A stretch of DNA of 64,000 bases, taken from Mytilus edulis (Eukaryota). The DNA lies in contig NC_092352.1 in NCBI RefSeq assembly GCF_963676685.1, positions 24,056,001-24,120,000 of the forward strand, in the 5' to 3' direction. Below the pieces are notes generated by a model. That model saw only the letters and a program-made list of their open reading frames with translations, had not been told where the DNA came from and did no database searches. This document shows, one piece after another, positions 63,719 through 64,000 of this stretch. A program made the position numbers and the translations under genes. Position 1 is the stretch's first letter, and every line of letters begins with the position of its first letter.

Positions 63719-64000
63719 ATATCAAAATATTTATAAAGCCAAACAAGTACAAAGTTGAAGAGCATTGAAAATCCTAAATTCCCAAAAGTTGCTATGTTTA
63801 TTAAAAATGTTACACATGAACATTCAAAAACACGTGTGTATATATTATACACAACTACAGTGGTGATCACTTCTAACCTCGCATTAAATCTGTCAGGAGA
63901 ACGGTTCTATGACAGTATGTAGAACTGTCAGCCTGACACCTTTTAGACAGTTCTACCGAGAACCGGTCCTGGCAGTCCTACCCTAGAACAGTTTTAGACA

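Overview
AT-rich, repeat-dense animal genomic DNA; the repeat families look bivalve (Mytilus-like), which is my inference. No complete host gene is recognisable. The dominant feature is a young but pol-defective 13.7-kb Ty3/Gypsy LTR retrotransposon (41970-55712) with 2.77-kb LTRs, PBS, PPT, an ATAT target-site duplication, gag, pol reached by a -1 frameshift (UUUAAAC plus pseudoknot), and a third intact ORF in the env position. That ORF encodes a protein with two C2H2 zinc fingers, a Pro/Ser-rich region, a coiled coil and an Arg-rich/NLS tail. Each LTR carries 12 conserved stem-loops with compensatory and G-U changes, downstream of a TATA/Inr promoter. Together these suggest an element-encoded regulator with a cognate RNA element array (Tat/TAR- or Rev/RRE-like), the best candidate here for an undescribed system. 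The rest is nested TE debris. Several Penelope-like (Naiad-type) retroelement 3' ends carry a SECIS, minimal hammerheads and a recurrent circularly permuted twister-ribozyme-like fold. Also present are a Kolobok-like element, piggyBac, Sailor-like Tc1/IS630 and Ngaro-like remnants, MITEs, a Helentron-type element with a 168-bp satellite, and tandem repeats. All calls are by eye, with no database searches.
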